A stretch of DNA of 64,000 nt from an uncultured Gammaproteobacteria bacterium. GTDB lineage: Bacteria; Pseudomonadota; Gammaproteobacteria; UBA9214. The stretch spans positions 1,770-65,769 of the forward strand of contig CAVOZZ010000009.1 in assembly GCA_963701505.1 (NCBI GenBank). The letters are read 5' to 3'. Under the pieces are notes generated by a model. The model saw only the letters and a program-made list of their open reading frames with translations. It was not told where the DNA came from and did not search any database. Position 1 is the first letter of the stretch. Each line of letters begins with the position of its first letter. Made by a program: the position numbers and the translations under genes. Shown here one piece after another: positions 48,435-59,049 of this stretch.

Positions 48435-49130
48435 GTGTCTGAACGATACCGCATCGACCTGCCACTGCTGGCACTGGTCCTTGCCAATCTTGTGCCGCTG
48501 TTCGGGGTGCTTTTTCTGGACTGGAATGTTGGCGCCATTGTGGTGCTCTACTGGACAGAAAACCTGGTCATCGGCCTCTTTACCCTGCTGAAGATGCTGG
48601 TTACCGGTGGCAGTGCTGCCCTTGGTTTGATGCTGTTCTTCTGCCTGCACTATGGTGGCTTTTGTGCGATCCATGGCGTGTTCGTTCTGGAACTGACAAA
48701 GTTTGCCGGGGAAATCTCCACGCAACTGCCCGCAGCCAGCTGGCCCGGACCCCTGGTCCTGGTACAGAAGGTCCTCTTCTTCGGGCAACAGATACTCGAC
48801 GCCGCCCCGCAGGAATTTATCTGGGCGTGCATTGCCCTGCTGCTCAGCCATGGCGTCTCGTTCCTGCTGCTATTCATCGGGCAGCAGGAATACCGCCGCA
48901 CCACCATTAACAAACTCATGGCGGCACCTTACAAGCGCATCGCTGTATTGCATATTGCTGTGATTATTGGCGCATTTCTGGTAATCGAACTGGGCGCAGC
49001 CACTGGGCCTGTTGCTGGCGCTGGTTGCGCTCAAGATCGGGATGGATATCATGCTGCACAACCGCTCACACCGAGCGGCCTCCCTGCCACCAGGGGAGAG
49101 ACGGCCGCCAACGACAGCAGCAGGCGATGA
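48435..49130 (+). pseudogene. polytopic membrane protein (DUF6498-like from memory); frame leaves and probably returns near the C-terminus
   Basis: GTG 48435. LALVLANLVPLFGVLFLDWNVGAIVVLYWTENLVIGLFTLLKM. The segment ..LLLALVALKIGMDIMLHN is in another frame (ORF 49012..). The frame-1 stop overlaps the next ATG as ATGA. Confidence 0.5.
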
Positions 49131-49613
49131 CAGAGAACAGTCAGCCGGGATGACCGGCACGGTCCGAATGTGCGAGTGCATCCGCCGATTATCTATGCCA
49201 TCAGCATCCTCTCCGGCATCGGGCTGAACAATCTGTGGCCAATGTCGATGCCGTTTGCACTTCATGGACCGGCTCTATGGAAGCATCCTTATTGTCATTT
49301 CAGTCTGTATCGCGGCCTGGGCACTGTTGCATTTTCACAGGAACGATACCGATGTACGCCCGGACAAACCGGACAGTGCGCTGATTACTTCCGGCCCCTA
49401 CCGTTTCACCCGCAACCCGCTCTATATCGTCCTGACGCTGGTACAGGTTACCGTCGCTATCTGGCTGGATAACCTGTGGATCCTGTTGCTGGTGACAGCC
49501 CGTCTGTCATTGTCATTACACGCTATGCCATCAGCCGCGAGGAACGCTACCTGGAACAACTGTTCGGCCACGAATACCTGAAGTACAAGCAACGCGTACG
49601 GCGCTGGTTCTAG
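49127..49613 (+). pseudogene. ICMT/PEMT-family membrane methyltransferase; about 3 frame switches as assembled
   Basis: MTENSQPG then a shift (GGG run), ..VRVHPPIIYAISILSGIG.., ..LITSGPYRFTRNPLYIVLTL.., tail ..REERYLEQLFGHEYLKYKQRVRRWF with stop 49611-49613. Confidence 0.65.
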
Positions 49614-50039
49614 ATGGGATTTTTCGGCAAGCTGTTCGGCAACAGGCCACGCCCGCCCTCGCCCGTCGAGGAGGTCTCCAGGATCCTTGAGCGTTTCGCA
49701 ACGGCCACCAGCATGGGTGTTGATCGCGAGGACCTGTCACGCTACCCGGCAAAACAACGCAAGGTAATGGCCTTTCACTTTGGCGCCATTGAATACCTTG
49801 CCCGGGGATTTCAGCTCGATGAAACGCAAATGCTGGCGGTGTTTGTCTTGTTTCTCGACACCTATTTCATCATGCCCATTACAGAGACCGGCAGCATCAG
49901 CGAACGTGTGCAGGGTTTTTACGACAAACCTGAAGAACGTGTGTTTCTCGAGGCCGGCTCCGATGTCTGCCGCCGCTGGCATGAGCTGAATGAACGCCGT
50001 GCACCACTCGAACTGGGTGAAATGCTGAAGTCCTCTTGA
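49614..50039 (+). CDS. 141-aa hypothetical protein
   Basis: The ATG directly follows the preceding TAG. MGFFGKLFGNRPRPPSPVEEVSRILERFATATSMGVDRED... No family recognised. Confidence 0.5.
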   Translation: MGFFGKLFGNRPRPPSPVEEVSRILERFATATSMGVDREDLSRYPAKQRKVMAFHFGAIEYLARGFQLDETQMLAVFVLFLDTYFIMPITETGSISERVQGFYDKPEERVFLEAGSDVCRRWHELNERRAPLELGEMLKSS

Positions 50040-50276
50040 ACCTCTCCACACTTGATACCCTGCTGCGTGAGGTCCTGCCGGCCTTTCGCAGCCAACTCTG
50101 TCAATCCTGCAATAAGAATCATTCGCGCCTGCAAGGCACGGTTGCAGGCGATCGCAGGACAGATGTGCAATGCCGGCGCGAAATCTGTGAAATATCCCTG
50201 CTATGATAGGTCTGAAGACTGCGCAACGGAGGCACCGGCGGTTCGAGTCTGTTAACATCCTGCACGGTTGATACCT

Positions 50277-52187
50277 ATGCCCAATTCACATTATCCATTA
50301 CTCATGCGTATCGATTCTCCCGCTGACCTGCGCAGCCTGGGGGAAGGCGAGCTGCTGCAGCTGGCCGATGAATTGCGTGAGTTCCTGATTGAATCGGTCT
50401 CCAGTACCGGCGGTCACCTGTCTGCCGGACTGGGCGTGGTTGAGTTGACGATCGCCCTGCACAAGGTGTTCAACACGCCTTACGACAGGCTGGTCTGGGA
50501 TATCGGGCACCAGGCCTATCCACACAAGATCCTCACCGGCCGCCGTGATGCCATGAGCAGCCTGCGGCGCCGCGATGGACTGAGTGGCTTTCTCAGCCGG
50601 GAGGAAAGTGAATACGATGCCTTTGGTGCGGGCCACTCCAGCACCTCCATCAGTGCCGCCCTGGGGATGGCCGTGGTTGCCTCACTGCAGCACTCGTCCC
50701 GGAAAACAGTGGCCATCATCGGTGACGGGGCGATGACCGCCGGGATGGCCTACGAGGCATTGAACAATGCCGGCGATCTCGACAGCGACCTGCTGGTAAT
50801 CCTGAACGACAACGAGATGTCCATTTCCCGCAACCGCGGTGCCATGTCCAACTACCTGGCGCGCATCCTCTCGGGCAGTTTCTACACCGGTGTTCGCGAA
50901 CGCAGTAAAAGCATCCTCAGTCACCTGCCCGGCACCTCGAAATTCATGCGCCGCTGGGAAGAACATGTAAAAGGCATGTTCATGCCCGGTACCCTGTTCG
51001 AGGAGCTGGGCTTCAATTACATCGGACCGATTGACGGACACGACATCCACACCTTGCTGAAGACCCTGCATAACCTGCAGGGACTCAAGGGACGCCGCTT
51101 TCTGCACGTGGTCACGCAGAAAGGCAAGGGCTATAACCACGCCGAGCTGGACCCCTGTAATTTCCACGGCGTCACCCCCTTTGACCGGGAAACCGGTCAG
51201 CAAAAGAAGACCTCGCCGGTCATGACCTATACACGGGTATTCGGCGACTGGCTGTGCGACATGGCCCGAAGTGACAGCCGGCTCGCGGGCATCACGCCGG
51301 CAATGTGCGAGGGTTCAGGCCTGGTCGAGTTCTCGGAGCAGTTTCCGGAACGCTATTTTGATGTCGGCATCGCCGAACAGCATGCACTGACCTTCGCCGC
51401 CGGCATGGCCTGTGAAGGCATGAAGCCGGTCGTCGCCATTTACTCTACTTTCCTGCAGCGCGCCTATGACCAGTTGATCCACGATATTGCGTTGCAGAAT
51501 CTGGATGTCACCTTTGCCATCGATCGTGCCGGTCTGGTGGGTGCCGACGGTGCAACCCACGCCGGTGTCTTTGACCTGAGTTTCCTGCGCTGCATACCCA
51601 ACATGGTGGTGATGGTGCCAGCGGATGAAAGGGAATGCCGCCAGATGCTGACCACGGCCTATCAATACGAAGGGCCAGCAGCAGTTCGCTACCCGCGTGG
51701 TACCGGGCCCGGCATGATCCCGGACAGCACACTGGCGCCACTGCCAGTCGGCAAGGCGGATATTTGTCGCCACGGTTCGCAGATCGCCATCCTTGCCTTC
51801 GGCAGCCGCGTTGCGGCCGCACTGGCAGCGGCCGACGAACTCGATGCCACGGTCGTCAATATGCGCTTCGTAAAGCCGCTGGATATCGACACGATCAACG
51901 CCATGGCCGCCGGACATCGTTTGCTTGTGACCGTTGAGGAAAATGCCCTGCAGGGTGGCGCAGGCTCCGCCGTCAACGAGGTACTGCTGGCACAGGGTGC
52001 CAACAACAGGATCCTGAACCTGGCGATCGCGGATCATTTCATCAGCCATGGCGACCACCAGCAACAACTCGCCGAATGCGGCCTGGATACCGCTGGAATT
52101 GTTGCTGCCATTAGGCGTACTGCCAAACAGGACCTTTCGATAACGACTGATTCCGCAATCCAGCAGGGAAAACAGTTGAATGGCTAG
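50277..52187 (+). CDS. dxs: 1-deoxy-D-xylulose-5-phosphate synthase
   Basis: [51 protein letters not shown]. Transketolase-like C-terminal half. Intact frame. Confidence 0.93.
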   Translation: MPNSHYPLLMRIDSPADLRSLGEGELLQLADELREFLIESVSSTGGHLSAGLGVVELTIALHKVFNTPYDRLVWDIGHQAYPHKILTGRRDAMSSLRRRDGLSGFLSREESEYDAFGAGHSSTSISAALGMAVVASLQHSSRKTVAIIGDGAMTAGMAYEALNNAGDLDSDLLVILNDNEMSISRNRGAMSNYLARILSGSFYTGVRERSKSILSHLPGTSKFMRRWEEHVKGMFMPGTLFEELGFNYIGPIDGHDIHTLLKTLHNLQGLKGRRFLHVVTQKGKGYNHAELDPCNFHGVTPFDRETGQQKKTSPVMTYTRVFGDWLCDMARSDSRLAGITPAMCEGSGLVEFSEQFPERYFDVGIAEQHALTFAAGMACEGMKPVVAIYSTFLQRAYDQLIHDIALQNLDVTFAIDRAGLVGADGATHAGVFDLSFLRCIPNMVVMVPADERECRQMLTTAYQYEGPAAVRYPRGTGPGMIPDSTLAPLPVGKADICRHGSQIAILAFGSRVAAALAAADELDATVVNMRFVKPLDIDTINAMAAGHRLLVTVEENALQGGAGSAVNEVLLAQGANNRILNLAIADHFISHGDHQQQLAECGLDTAGIVAAIRRTAKQDLSITTDSAIQQGKQLNG

Positions 52188-52239
52188 GCTGGAGCACTGT
52201 GCGAGCAGCGACGAGGACCAGGCATAAAGCGGGTGCCTG

Positions 52240-52689
52240 ATGGCCAGTTCCTCAGAGATTTTTTTCCGCCGCCAGGAAACGGCCCGTGAACAGATCTCAC
52301 TACCCGCCCCGTTGTTTAACCGCTGCCAGCTGCTACTGAATCACGCCGGACGGCCCATGTATTCGTGCCCGTCCGCACCATGCAATTCCAGGCCGTGATC
52401 GATCCGGAAGAGATCATCTTTGTTGACAGCCTGGGTTATGCCGTCGAGAACGGTCACGGTGGCCGTTTGATCGTGCTGGCATGGCAATTCACATCACATG
52501 GTCCGCGTGACTCACTGACCGAGCCGGTACCCATCGAGGTTGTTTACTATGGTACACGAGCGACATGAAACCCATCGCCGCCTGATGAGTGAATTCCCGA
52601 AGTCACTGGACAGCTATGAAGCGAGGCTCAGGGAAGGCCTCCACGAAAACAGGACGGCAACGATTTTGCCGTTCACATTGCAAAAGTAG
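52240..52689 (+). pseudogene. about 150-aa hypothetical protein; 2 frame switches as assembled
   Basis: MASSSEIFFRRQETAREQISLPAPLFNRCQLLLNHAGRPMY / VPVRTMQFQAVIDPEEIIFVDSLGYAVENGHGGRLIVLAWQF.. (ORF 52365..) / ..HRRLMSEFPKSLDSYEARLREGLHENRTATILPFTLQK, stop 52687-52689. Confidence 0.4.
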
Positions 52690-52762
52690 CGGGTGCAGCT
52701 GCTGCAAACAGCTGACTCGTGCAGACCCTGGCCTTCCATACTACAGAGGATACAGCCGCATA

Positions 52763-54226
52763 ATGCCTGAACAGGTCTCTGACGATCCCGGTGCTCTCAT
52801 GGCAGGGCAAGCTGCCGCAGGCACCACCGAACTTCCCCCCCTGCCCTACAGGAACCGCTCCTTCCTGTGTTTCCTCGGAACACAGGCGCTGGGTGCGTTC
52901 AACGACAACGTCTTCAAGCAACTGGTGCTGCTGCTGGGCGTTGGTTTTCTGATGGCAGGCGTGGAATACCAGGCCGTCGTGCAGTTCCTGTTCGCACTGC
53001 CGTTTCTGCTGTTTTCGGGACTCGCCGGGGATCATCTCGGACCGCATCAGCAAGGGTCGCCTGATGGTGTTGTGCAAGCTTGCCGAGATCATCATTGCGC
53101 TACTGGGTGTCGGTGCTTTTTTAATCATATCCAGTACCGCAAGCGGACTGCCGGCAGTACACCGGTGTATCTCTGGCTGCTGGCCGCCGTGGTCTTTTTA
53201 CTGGGGACACAGAGCGCATTTTTCGGCCCGCCCAAGTACGGCGGACTGCCGGAACTGGTGCGCCCCGCGCGATCTCACCTCGGCAACCGGACTGACGCAG
53301 ATGACGACCTTTCTCGCCATCATATTCGGGGTGGCGCTGGCGGGGCTGCTGGCCGATGTGTTCGCCGGGCGCCTCTACCTGGCCGGACTGGTAACCGTGT
53401 CCATTGCCGTACTTGGCACACTGAGCCTCACTGGGAATCGCAAGAAATCCGCCGACCGACCCGCAGAGACAGATCTCGGCCAGCTCGTTTAGCAGCAATT
53501 TACGCACACTGCGGCTATCTGGCGCACTGACGGCCTGATGCTGCGCGTCATGTTGATCTATTCGTGGTTCTGGTTTGTCGGTGGCGTGACACTGACAGCG
53601 GTCAATGCCTACGGACGCTTCCAGCTGGGGCTGAATAATTTTGAAACCAGCCTGCTGGTGGCGACGACTTCCCTGGGTATTGCCTGCGGCAGCGTACTGG
53701 TGGCACGACTGTCGCATGGCAAGGTACGCATGGGACTGGTTGTGCCGGCACTGGTTGCACTGGCCGTCTGCCTGTCTGCGTTTGCGCTGCTACCCGTGCA
53801 TCATCCCGCGCCAGATGACATCCAGCTCTTCAATCAACTCAGGCAGTCTCCTGACTTGCTGGAAAGCGCACGCATCATCCCGCTGGCAGCCGTATGCCAT
53901 CCGGGCGAGTGCCTATCTGCCTGTGTTTTCTGCTGGGCATTGCCGCAGGGTTTTACTCGGTACCGCTGTTGACCTTCCTGCAGGCGCGCCCCTCGGCCAG
54001 TGAAAAGGGCCGGGTATTTGCCGCAGTCAACTGGTTGAACTGGGTGTTCATCCTGGCGGCAGCAGTCAGCTACGGCGCTGGCATGACCATACTTGCCAGC
54101 CGCGCCAACCTGCTGCTGGCAGCACTCGGCGTGCTTACCCTGCTCATGGGCCTGGTGTTGTTGCCAGGCATTTTTCGCCGCCTGCGACAGCAGCGGCCGG
54201 CGTTTGTTTATTTCAGGGAGGAATAG
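52763..54226 (+). pseudogene. MFS transporter (LplT-like); many frame switches as assembled
   Basis: ATG 52763. YRNRSFLCFLGTQALGAFNDNVFKQLVLLLGV... Hydrophobic pieces continue in ORFs 53064.., 53538.. and 53894..54226. Confidence 0.6.
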
Positions 54227-54584
54227 TCAATTGCTGCGGACGGTGCAGCAACGCTCGCCTGCGAGCATTCACTACCTGTGCAGTGATTATCAGGTAGAGT
54301 GACTTCCTGACAGCCATCCCCTGCTGCTGGAATCGCGGGATTTAAACGTGGTATTCGCGACTCGGCATGGTGTAACATTGCCGCGCCATGCAGCAAAGCA
54401 TGAATTGATTTTCCCCGCAAGCGTCTGCCTCGACCTGAAACTGCGCTGTTTTGCTGCGTGAAGTTACCTGGCATGGTCGTAGCGGCTTTTGACCGAACAG
54501 CGTGCTGTTCTGGCGCCAGGCTGCATATGAAGTCTGGAATCAGGCAGCCTCTGCTGCCATAACAGCCAAGATATTGGAGGACCT

Positions 54585-55625
54585 ATGGATGCTCTGGTAA
54601 CACTCGCCGTGATCTCGGTCATCGTGGTGCTGATATTCGATTACACCAACGGTTTTCATGATGCCTCCAACATCATCGCCACGGTCATTGCCTCCCGCGC
54701 CATGACGCCTGTACAGGCCGTCATCATTGTTGCGGTTTTTGAATTTCTGGGGCCGTTACTCGGCGGCACCGCGGTCGCCAACACCATCGGCAAGTTTGTC
54801 GATATCGGTTCACTGCAATCACTGGACGCCATGGCAATCATCCTCTGCGGCATCATCGGGGCGATCACCTGGAACCTCGGGACCTGGTGGATCGGCATCC
54901 CGTCCTCCTCATCGCATGCACTGGTAGGCGGTCTGGTGGGTGCGGTGGTGGTATCGGCCGGTGTTGACCATGTGGCGTGGGGCTTTACCGAGCTTGCCCA
55001 GGGCCATTTCACCGGCGTTACCAAGGTGCTCATTGCTCTGGTGGTCTCGCCGATTATCGGTTTCTGGGCCGGGTTCATGATCCACCGCTTGATGAAATTC
55101 CTGTTGCGCGCAGCCACACCCGTTGCCAACAAGTATCTGCGCCGCGTGCAGTTTTTCACCTCCGCCGGCCTCGCCTTCTCGCATGGCGCCAACGATGCCC
55201 AGAAGAGCATGGGCATCATTACGCTGGTGCTGCTGCTGGGCGGCTTCATTCCGGAGTTCAAGGTGCCCTTCTGGGTGATTCTTTCGTGTGCCGCCGCCAT
55301 TACCCTGGGCATCATGTCCGGCGGCTGGCGCATTGTCCGCACCGTTGGATTCGGCATTTACAAGGTACGTCCGCTGCATGCATTTGATGCGCAATTAACC
55401 TCGGCTTCCGTGATCTTCGCCGCCTCGATGATCGGCGCCCCGGTGTCAACCACCCACGTGGTCAGCTCGTCCATCATGGGTATAGGCGCGTCGGAGCGGC
55501 CCAAGGCGGTTCGCTGGGGCAAGGCACGCGAGATCCTGAAGACCTGGATGATCACCATTCCCGGTGCGGCCACGGTGGCCATATTCAGCTATTACCTGGT
55601 GCACCTGCTGACGGGTGTGGCCTAG
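54585..55625 (+). CDS. inorganic phosphate transporter, PiT family
   Basis: 346 aa. Duplicated signatures GFHDASN and GANDAQK. GGAGG SD. Confidence 0.88.
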   Translation: MDALVTLAVISVIVVLIFDYTNGFHDASNIIATVIASRAMTPVQAVIIVAVFEFLGPLLGGTAVANTIGKFVDIGSLQSLDAMAIILCGIIGAITWNLGTWWIGIPSSSSHALVGGLVGAVVVSAGVDHVAWGFTELAQGHFTGVTKVLIALVVSPIIGFWAGFMIHRLMKFLLRAATPVANKYLRRVQFFTSAGLAFSHGANDAQKSMGIITLVLLLGGFIPEFKVPFWVILSCAAAITLGIMSGGWRIVRTVGFGIYKVRPLHAFDAQLTSASVIFAASMIGAPVSTTHVVSSSIMGIGASERPKAVRWGKAREILKTWMITIPGAATVAIFSYYLVHLLTGVA

Positions 55626-55674
55626 CACGCACCTTTATTTATCAATAGACTGGCTGCACGACAGCCCTGATTGC

Positions 55675-56389
55675 ATGGAGAAGACGACAATGAACGCCAG
55701 CAAAGACTCCGTAGTGACCCGGTTGGTAGACAGGGTATTCCCGCGCATGCCGGATTTCTATTCCCTGCTCAATGAGCAGTGTGACCTTGCGGTCGAGGCG
55801 ATGGAGGTCTTCGTGCAGTTCATGGAAAAGGGCGACATGCACCTGGCCAAACAGGTGCGGGCATTGGAAAAACGTGGCGACGAACTCAAGGCAAGGAATA
55901 CCGACATCCTCAGCAAGTCGTTTTCCACTCCCATGGATCGCGAGGATATCTATCGCGCGATTGCCACTATCGACCACATCGTCAATTACGCCAAGACCAC
56001 CACCCGGGAAATTGAAGCGCTGAAGGTGGAACCCGACAAGTACATGCTGGAACTTGCAGTGTTACTGAAGGAAGGTGCCTACGCCCTGCAGCGGGGATAC
56101 AAGAAGCTCTCGACAAACCCGAACCAGGCGGACGAGGACGCACAGGCGGCGCGCAAGGCAGAGCGCAGCTCTGAAAAGGTCTATCGCCGGGCGCTGGGCG
56201 AGTTATTCCAGGATGAAAACTATATAGCGCATGCTGGAGAATCAGGATTCAAATACCAAGGTGACGGCCGTACATCTGGTTATCGACATCTTCAAGCACC
56301 GCGAAGTCTACCGCCACTTGTCCAATGCCGCCGATCGCCTGGCGCGTGCTGGCGAGGTGTTACATGACATTGTCGTCAAGATATCATGA
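55675..56389 (+). pseudogene. DUF47 (PhoU-like) Pit accessory protein; one frame switch near 56225 as assembled
   Basis: ..FPRMPDFYSLLNEQCDLAVEAMEVFVQFMEKGD..EKRGDELKARN..MDREDIY... The tail ..VIDIFKHREVYRHLSNAADRLARAGEVLHDIVVKIS is in another frame with stop 56387-56389. Confidence 0.75.
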
Positions 56390-56446
56390 CCACAGCGGCC
56401 TTGCCGTTGCCGCAGCAGCCATATCTGCCCGGCTCTCAAGGTCCAG

Positions 56447-57514
56447 CTACGGCACCAGGTGCTGGTGCTCAACACCCTGTTTCCAGTGAATCCTGTGCTC
56501 CATCGCGGGGCTGACAAAGATAGTACCCTCATTTGTAATCGCCAGGATTTTATCGGTATTCATGTTGCCAGCGACAACTTTCCAGTCCTTGATGCCGGCG
56601 ATGAGAATCGTCACGGCGGAAACATTTGCGGTCATCGCATTGTCATGCATGACGGTTACTGACTGGACTTCACTGACCGGGAGACCGGAACGCGGGTCAA
56701 CAATATGCCGGTAGACCGGCCCCTGCTTGCCGAAGGACTGGTCGAATGCGCGCACGGTAACCACCGCCTGGTCGTCGATGTTCTCTATCGAACCGAGTAA
56801 ATACCTGCCGCTAGCGTCAGGTATTCCTATCCACCAGTCATGATCCCCCCGCGTGCCCGTGGTGCGGACACTGCCGCCGATATCGATCATTGCATTTGAG
56901 ACACCAATGCTGCGCAGGTGCTCGATCCCCTTGTCCAGGGCAAGTCCGCGGATCATATCGCCAAATTCCAGTTTCACCAGCGGGTTGCTGCTGCTGATCG
57001 GGTTCGCATCGATGATCAGGTCTTCCATGGACGGCTGCCGGGATATGATTTTCGCCGTCTGTTCATCGACCAGTCGCCGCACTTCATCCGGGAAAGGGAT
57101 TTCGCTGCATTCGTCACTGTCACACGCTACCTCCCAGAGCGCCGTCAGCTCCCCCGCTGCAGGGTTGAAAAGCCCGCCAGTTGCAGCGGACAGCTGCTTT
57201 GCATTCCTGATCAGTTCCACGAGACCATCACTGACGGTGATGGATCGTCCCTGTGCAAGCGCCTCATTCAATTGCTCCAGTTCACCCCCCGTCTCGAAGG
57301 TGTAGCCGATAAAATCCAGCGCTTGCAGGTCTTTTTCTACAGCGAGTGCTGCCTGTTTTGCATCTTCCGGTGGCAGTCCGACGATACTGATTTGCGCGAA
57401 GGTACCGAGTACCTGTAATTTTTCTTCGAAAACCTCTCCACTGCGTCCACAGCCGGCAACCAGGAACAGCACAATGACAGCCATCAGGGAGCGCATGGCA
57501 AATTTACGATTCAT
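56447..57514 (-). CDS. apbE: FAD:protein FMN transferase ApbE (lipoprotein)
   Basis: ATG 57514 with a GGAG SD. Lipobox LVAGC. ApbE-like core (..MIDIGGSVRTTG..). The track ORF starts at GTG 57538. Confidence 0.8.
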   Translation of the reverse strand: MNRKFAMRSLMAVIVLFLVAGCGRSGEVFEEKLQVLGTFAQISIVGLPPEDAKQAALAVEKDLQALDFIGYTFETGGELEQLNEALAQGRSITVSDGLVELIRNAKQLSAATGGLFNPAAGELTALWEVACDSDECSEIPFPDEVRRLVDEQTAKIISRQPSMEDLIIDANPISSSNPLVKLEFGDMIRGLALDKGIEHLRSIGVSNAMIDIGGSVRTTGTRGDHDWWIGIPDASGRYLLGSIENIDDQAVVTVRAFDQSFGKQGPVYRHIVDPRSGLPVSEVQSVTVMHDNAMTANVSAVTILIAGIKDWKVVAGNMNTDKILAITNEGTIFVSPAMEHRIHWKQGVEHQHLVP

Positions 57515-57660
57515 GGTTAACTCCGGTCTCATTCCCACGGTAATTATCTACACACAAACAGCGCTTTCATCATAATGCAGTCTTGATCCACAGCCTTTCG
57601 GATGCTTGCTTCATGGCGCAGCACGGTTGCGGGGCTTATGCTGTTGCGACTGCCTGATAA

Positions 57661-59013
57661 TCAGGCGGTTAAGCCTTGCTGAAAAAAATCGAAGAACAGC
57701 CAGAAAATTACCGATGATGTAATCAGGGTAAGAATCATGGCGGGTGTACCCTTTCTGAACCACAGCCCGGGGGTTATTGCCAGAGCTGGATCATTGGCAT
57801 CCTTGGCGATCCGTTCTGACAGGGTGACGATAAAGACATTTGCAGTCGATCCCAGGTGCGTACCATTGCCGCCCATACCGACACCAATGGCCAGCCCCCA
57901 CCACAGTGGCGTTACATTGATACCCTGCGACTCCATGCCAAGAATGATCGGGACCATGGCTGCAGTAAAAGGGATATTATCGATCATCGCCGATAGTATG
58001 GCTGCGCCCCACATCAGGAGAATGGTTGCAAGCAACAGGTCCTGCCTTACAAAGGGCAGGATAAATTGTCCCAGGTACTCAAGAAAGTGGCTTTGTTCAA
58101 CGCCTCCGACAACGACAAACAACGACATGAAAAACATCAGCAGCGTCATTTCCACGGACTGGAATGACTCATCCATATCGACATCGTGACCGAGGAATAC
58201 CAGCAGCGCGAGACCTGTTGCAGCAACAAACCAGGCATCCCAGTGAAGCGCATGGTGGAAAATGAACAGCACCACCATGAGGCCCAGGACGATCAGCGCA
58301 CTGTTCCAGGTACGCGGGTCCTTGATCGTTTCGCGGTCCGCAAAGGACGTCTGTGCCGGCTTTACTGCCAGTTCCTTTCGAAACAGGACCTTGAGCGCAA
58401 TCAGGATGGCGATCCAGGCAACGAATACAACACCGGCCATATGTACAAAAAAATTATTGAAACTGATATTGGCTGCAGAGCCAATCATCAGATTGGGAGG
58501 ATCGCCGACGAGGGTAGCAACACCGCCGGTATCCGATAGCAGTGCAGCGGCCAGCAGGTAAGGAATTGGATTGACCTTCAACGCCTGGCATATCAATACG
58601 ATCAACGGACCAAATATGACCACCGTCGTGACGTTATCCAGCAGCAGTGAAATGACGGTCACCGCGGTGCCTATCATTGCCATCAGCATAAACAGACGAC
58701 CCCGGCTCATATCTGCGAGGCGGTAGGCAAGGACCTGAAAGCCGCCTGTCGGGATCATGATGGCCACAATCGTCATCATGGCACCCAGTAACAGGATGAC
58801 GTTCCAGTCGACCGATTGCAGGGCCAGTTGTGGATCGTAGAAACCGAAATACTGGCCGACGACGATCATGATTCCGGCACCCCCCATGGCAAATTTCGCC
58901 CGATGGAAGCCATGCACGCCTTCCGTAAATATGCCAATGAAGGTTAATACAAGAATGATGGCGGAAACCATCATGGATGTGGTCCATACCAGGGGTTCGA
59001 TCAGCGGTTCCAT
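57661..59013 (-). CDS. ArsB/NhaD (CitMHS-like) family permease
   Basis: 450 aa and polytopic. LLDNVTTVVIFGPL and LLSDTGGVATLVGDPPNLMIG are typical of the family. Confidence 0.7.
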   Translation of the reverse strand: MEPLIEPLVWTTSMMVSAIILVLTFIGIFTEGVHGFHRAKFAMGGAGIMIVVGQYFGFYDPQLALQSVDWNVILLLGAMMTIVAIMIPTGGFQVLAYRLADMSRGRLFMLMAMIGTAVTVISLLLDNVTTVVIFGPLIVLICQALKVNPIPYLLAAALLSDTGGVATLVGDPPNLMIGSAANISFNNFFVHMAGVVFVAWIAILIALKVLFRKELAVKPAQTSFADRETIKDPRTWNSALIVLGLMVVLFIFHHALHWDAWFVAATGLALLVFLGHDVDMDESFQSVEMTLLMFFMSLFVVVGGVEQSHFLEYLGQFILPFVRQDLLLATILLMWGAAILSAMIDNIPFTAAMVPIILGMESQGINVTPLWWGLAIGVGMGGNGTHLGSTANVFIVTLSERIAKDANDPALAITPGLWFRKGTPAMILTLITSSVIFWLFFDFFQQGLTA

Positions 59014-59049
59014 ATCGATCTCTGCATTACAGGTTGAGAAAAGGTGCTT

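Noticed and set aside
52589-52762. N-terminal 58 aa of track ORF 52589..53530
   Set aside because: Cys/Ser/Arg-rich and overlaps the tail of the preceding hypothetical gene. The MFS protein more plausibly starts at ATG 52763.
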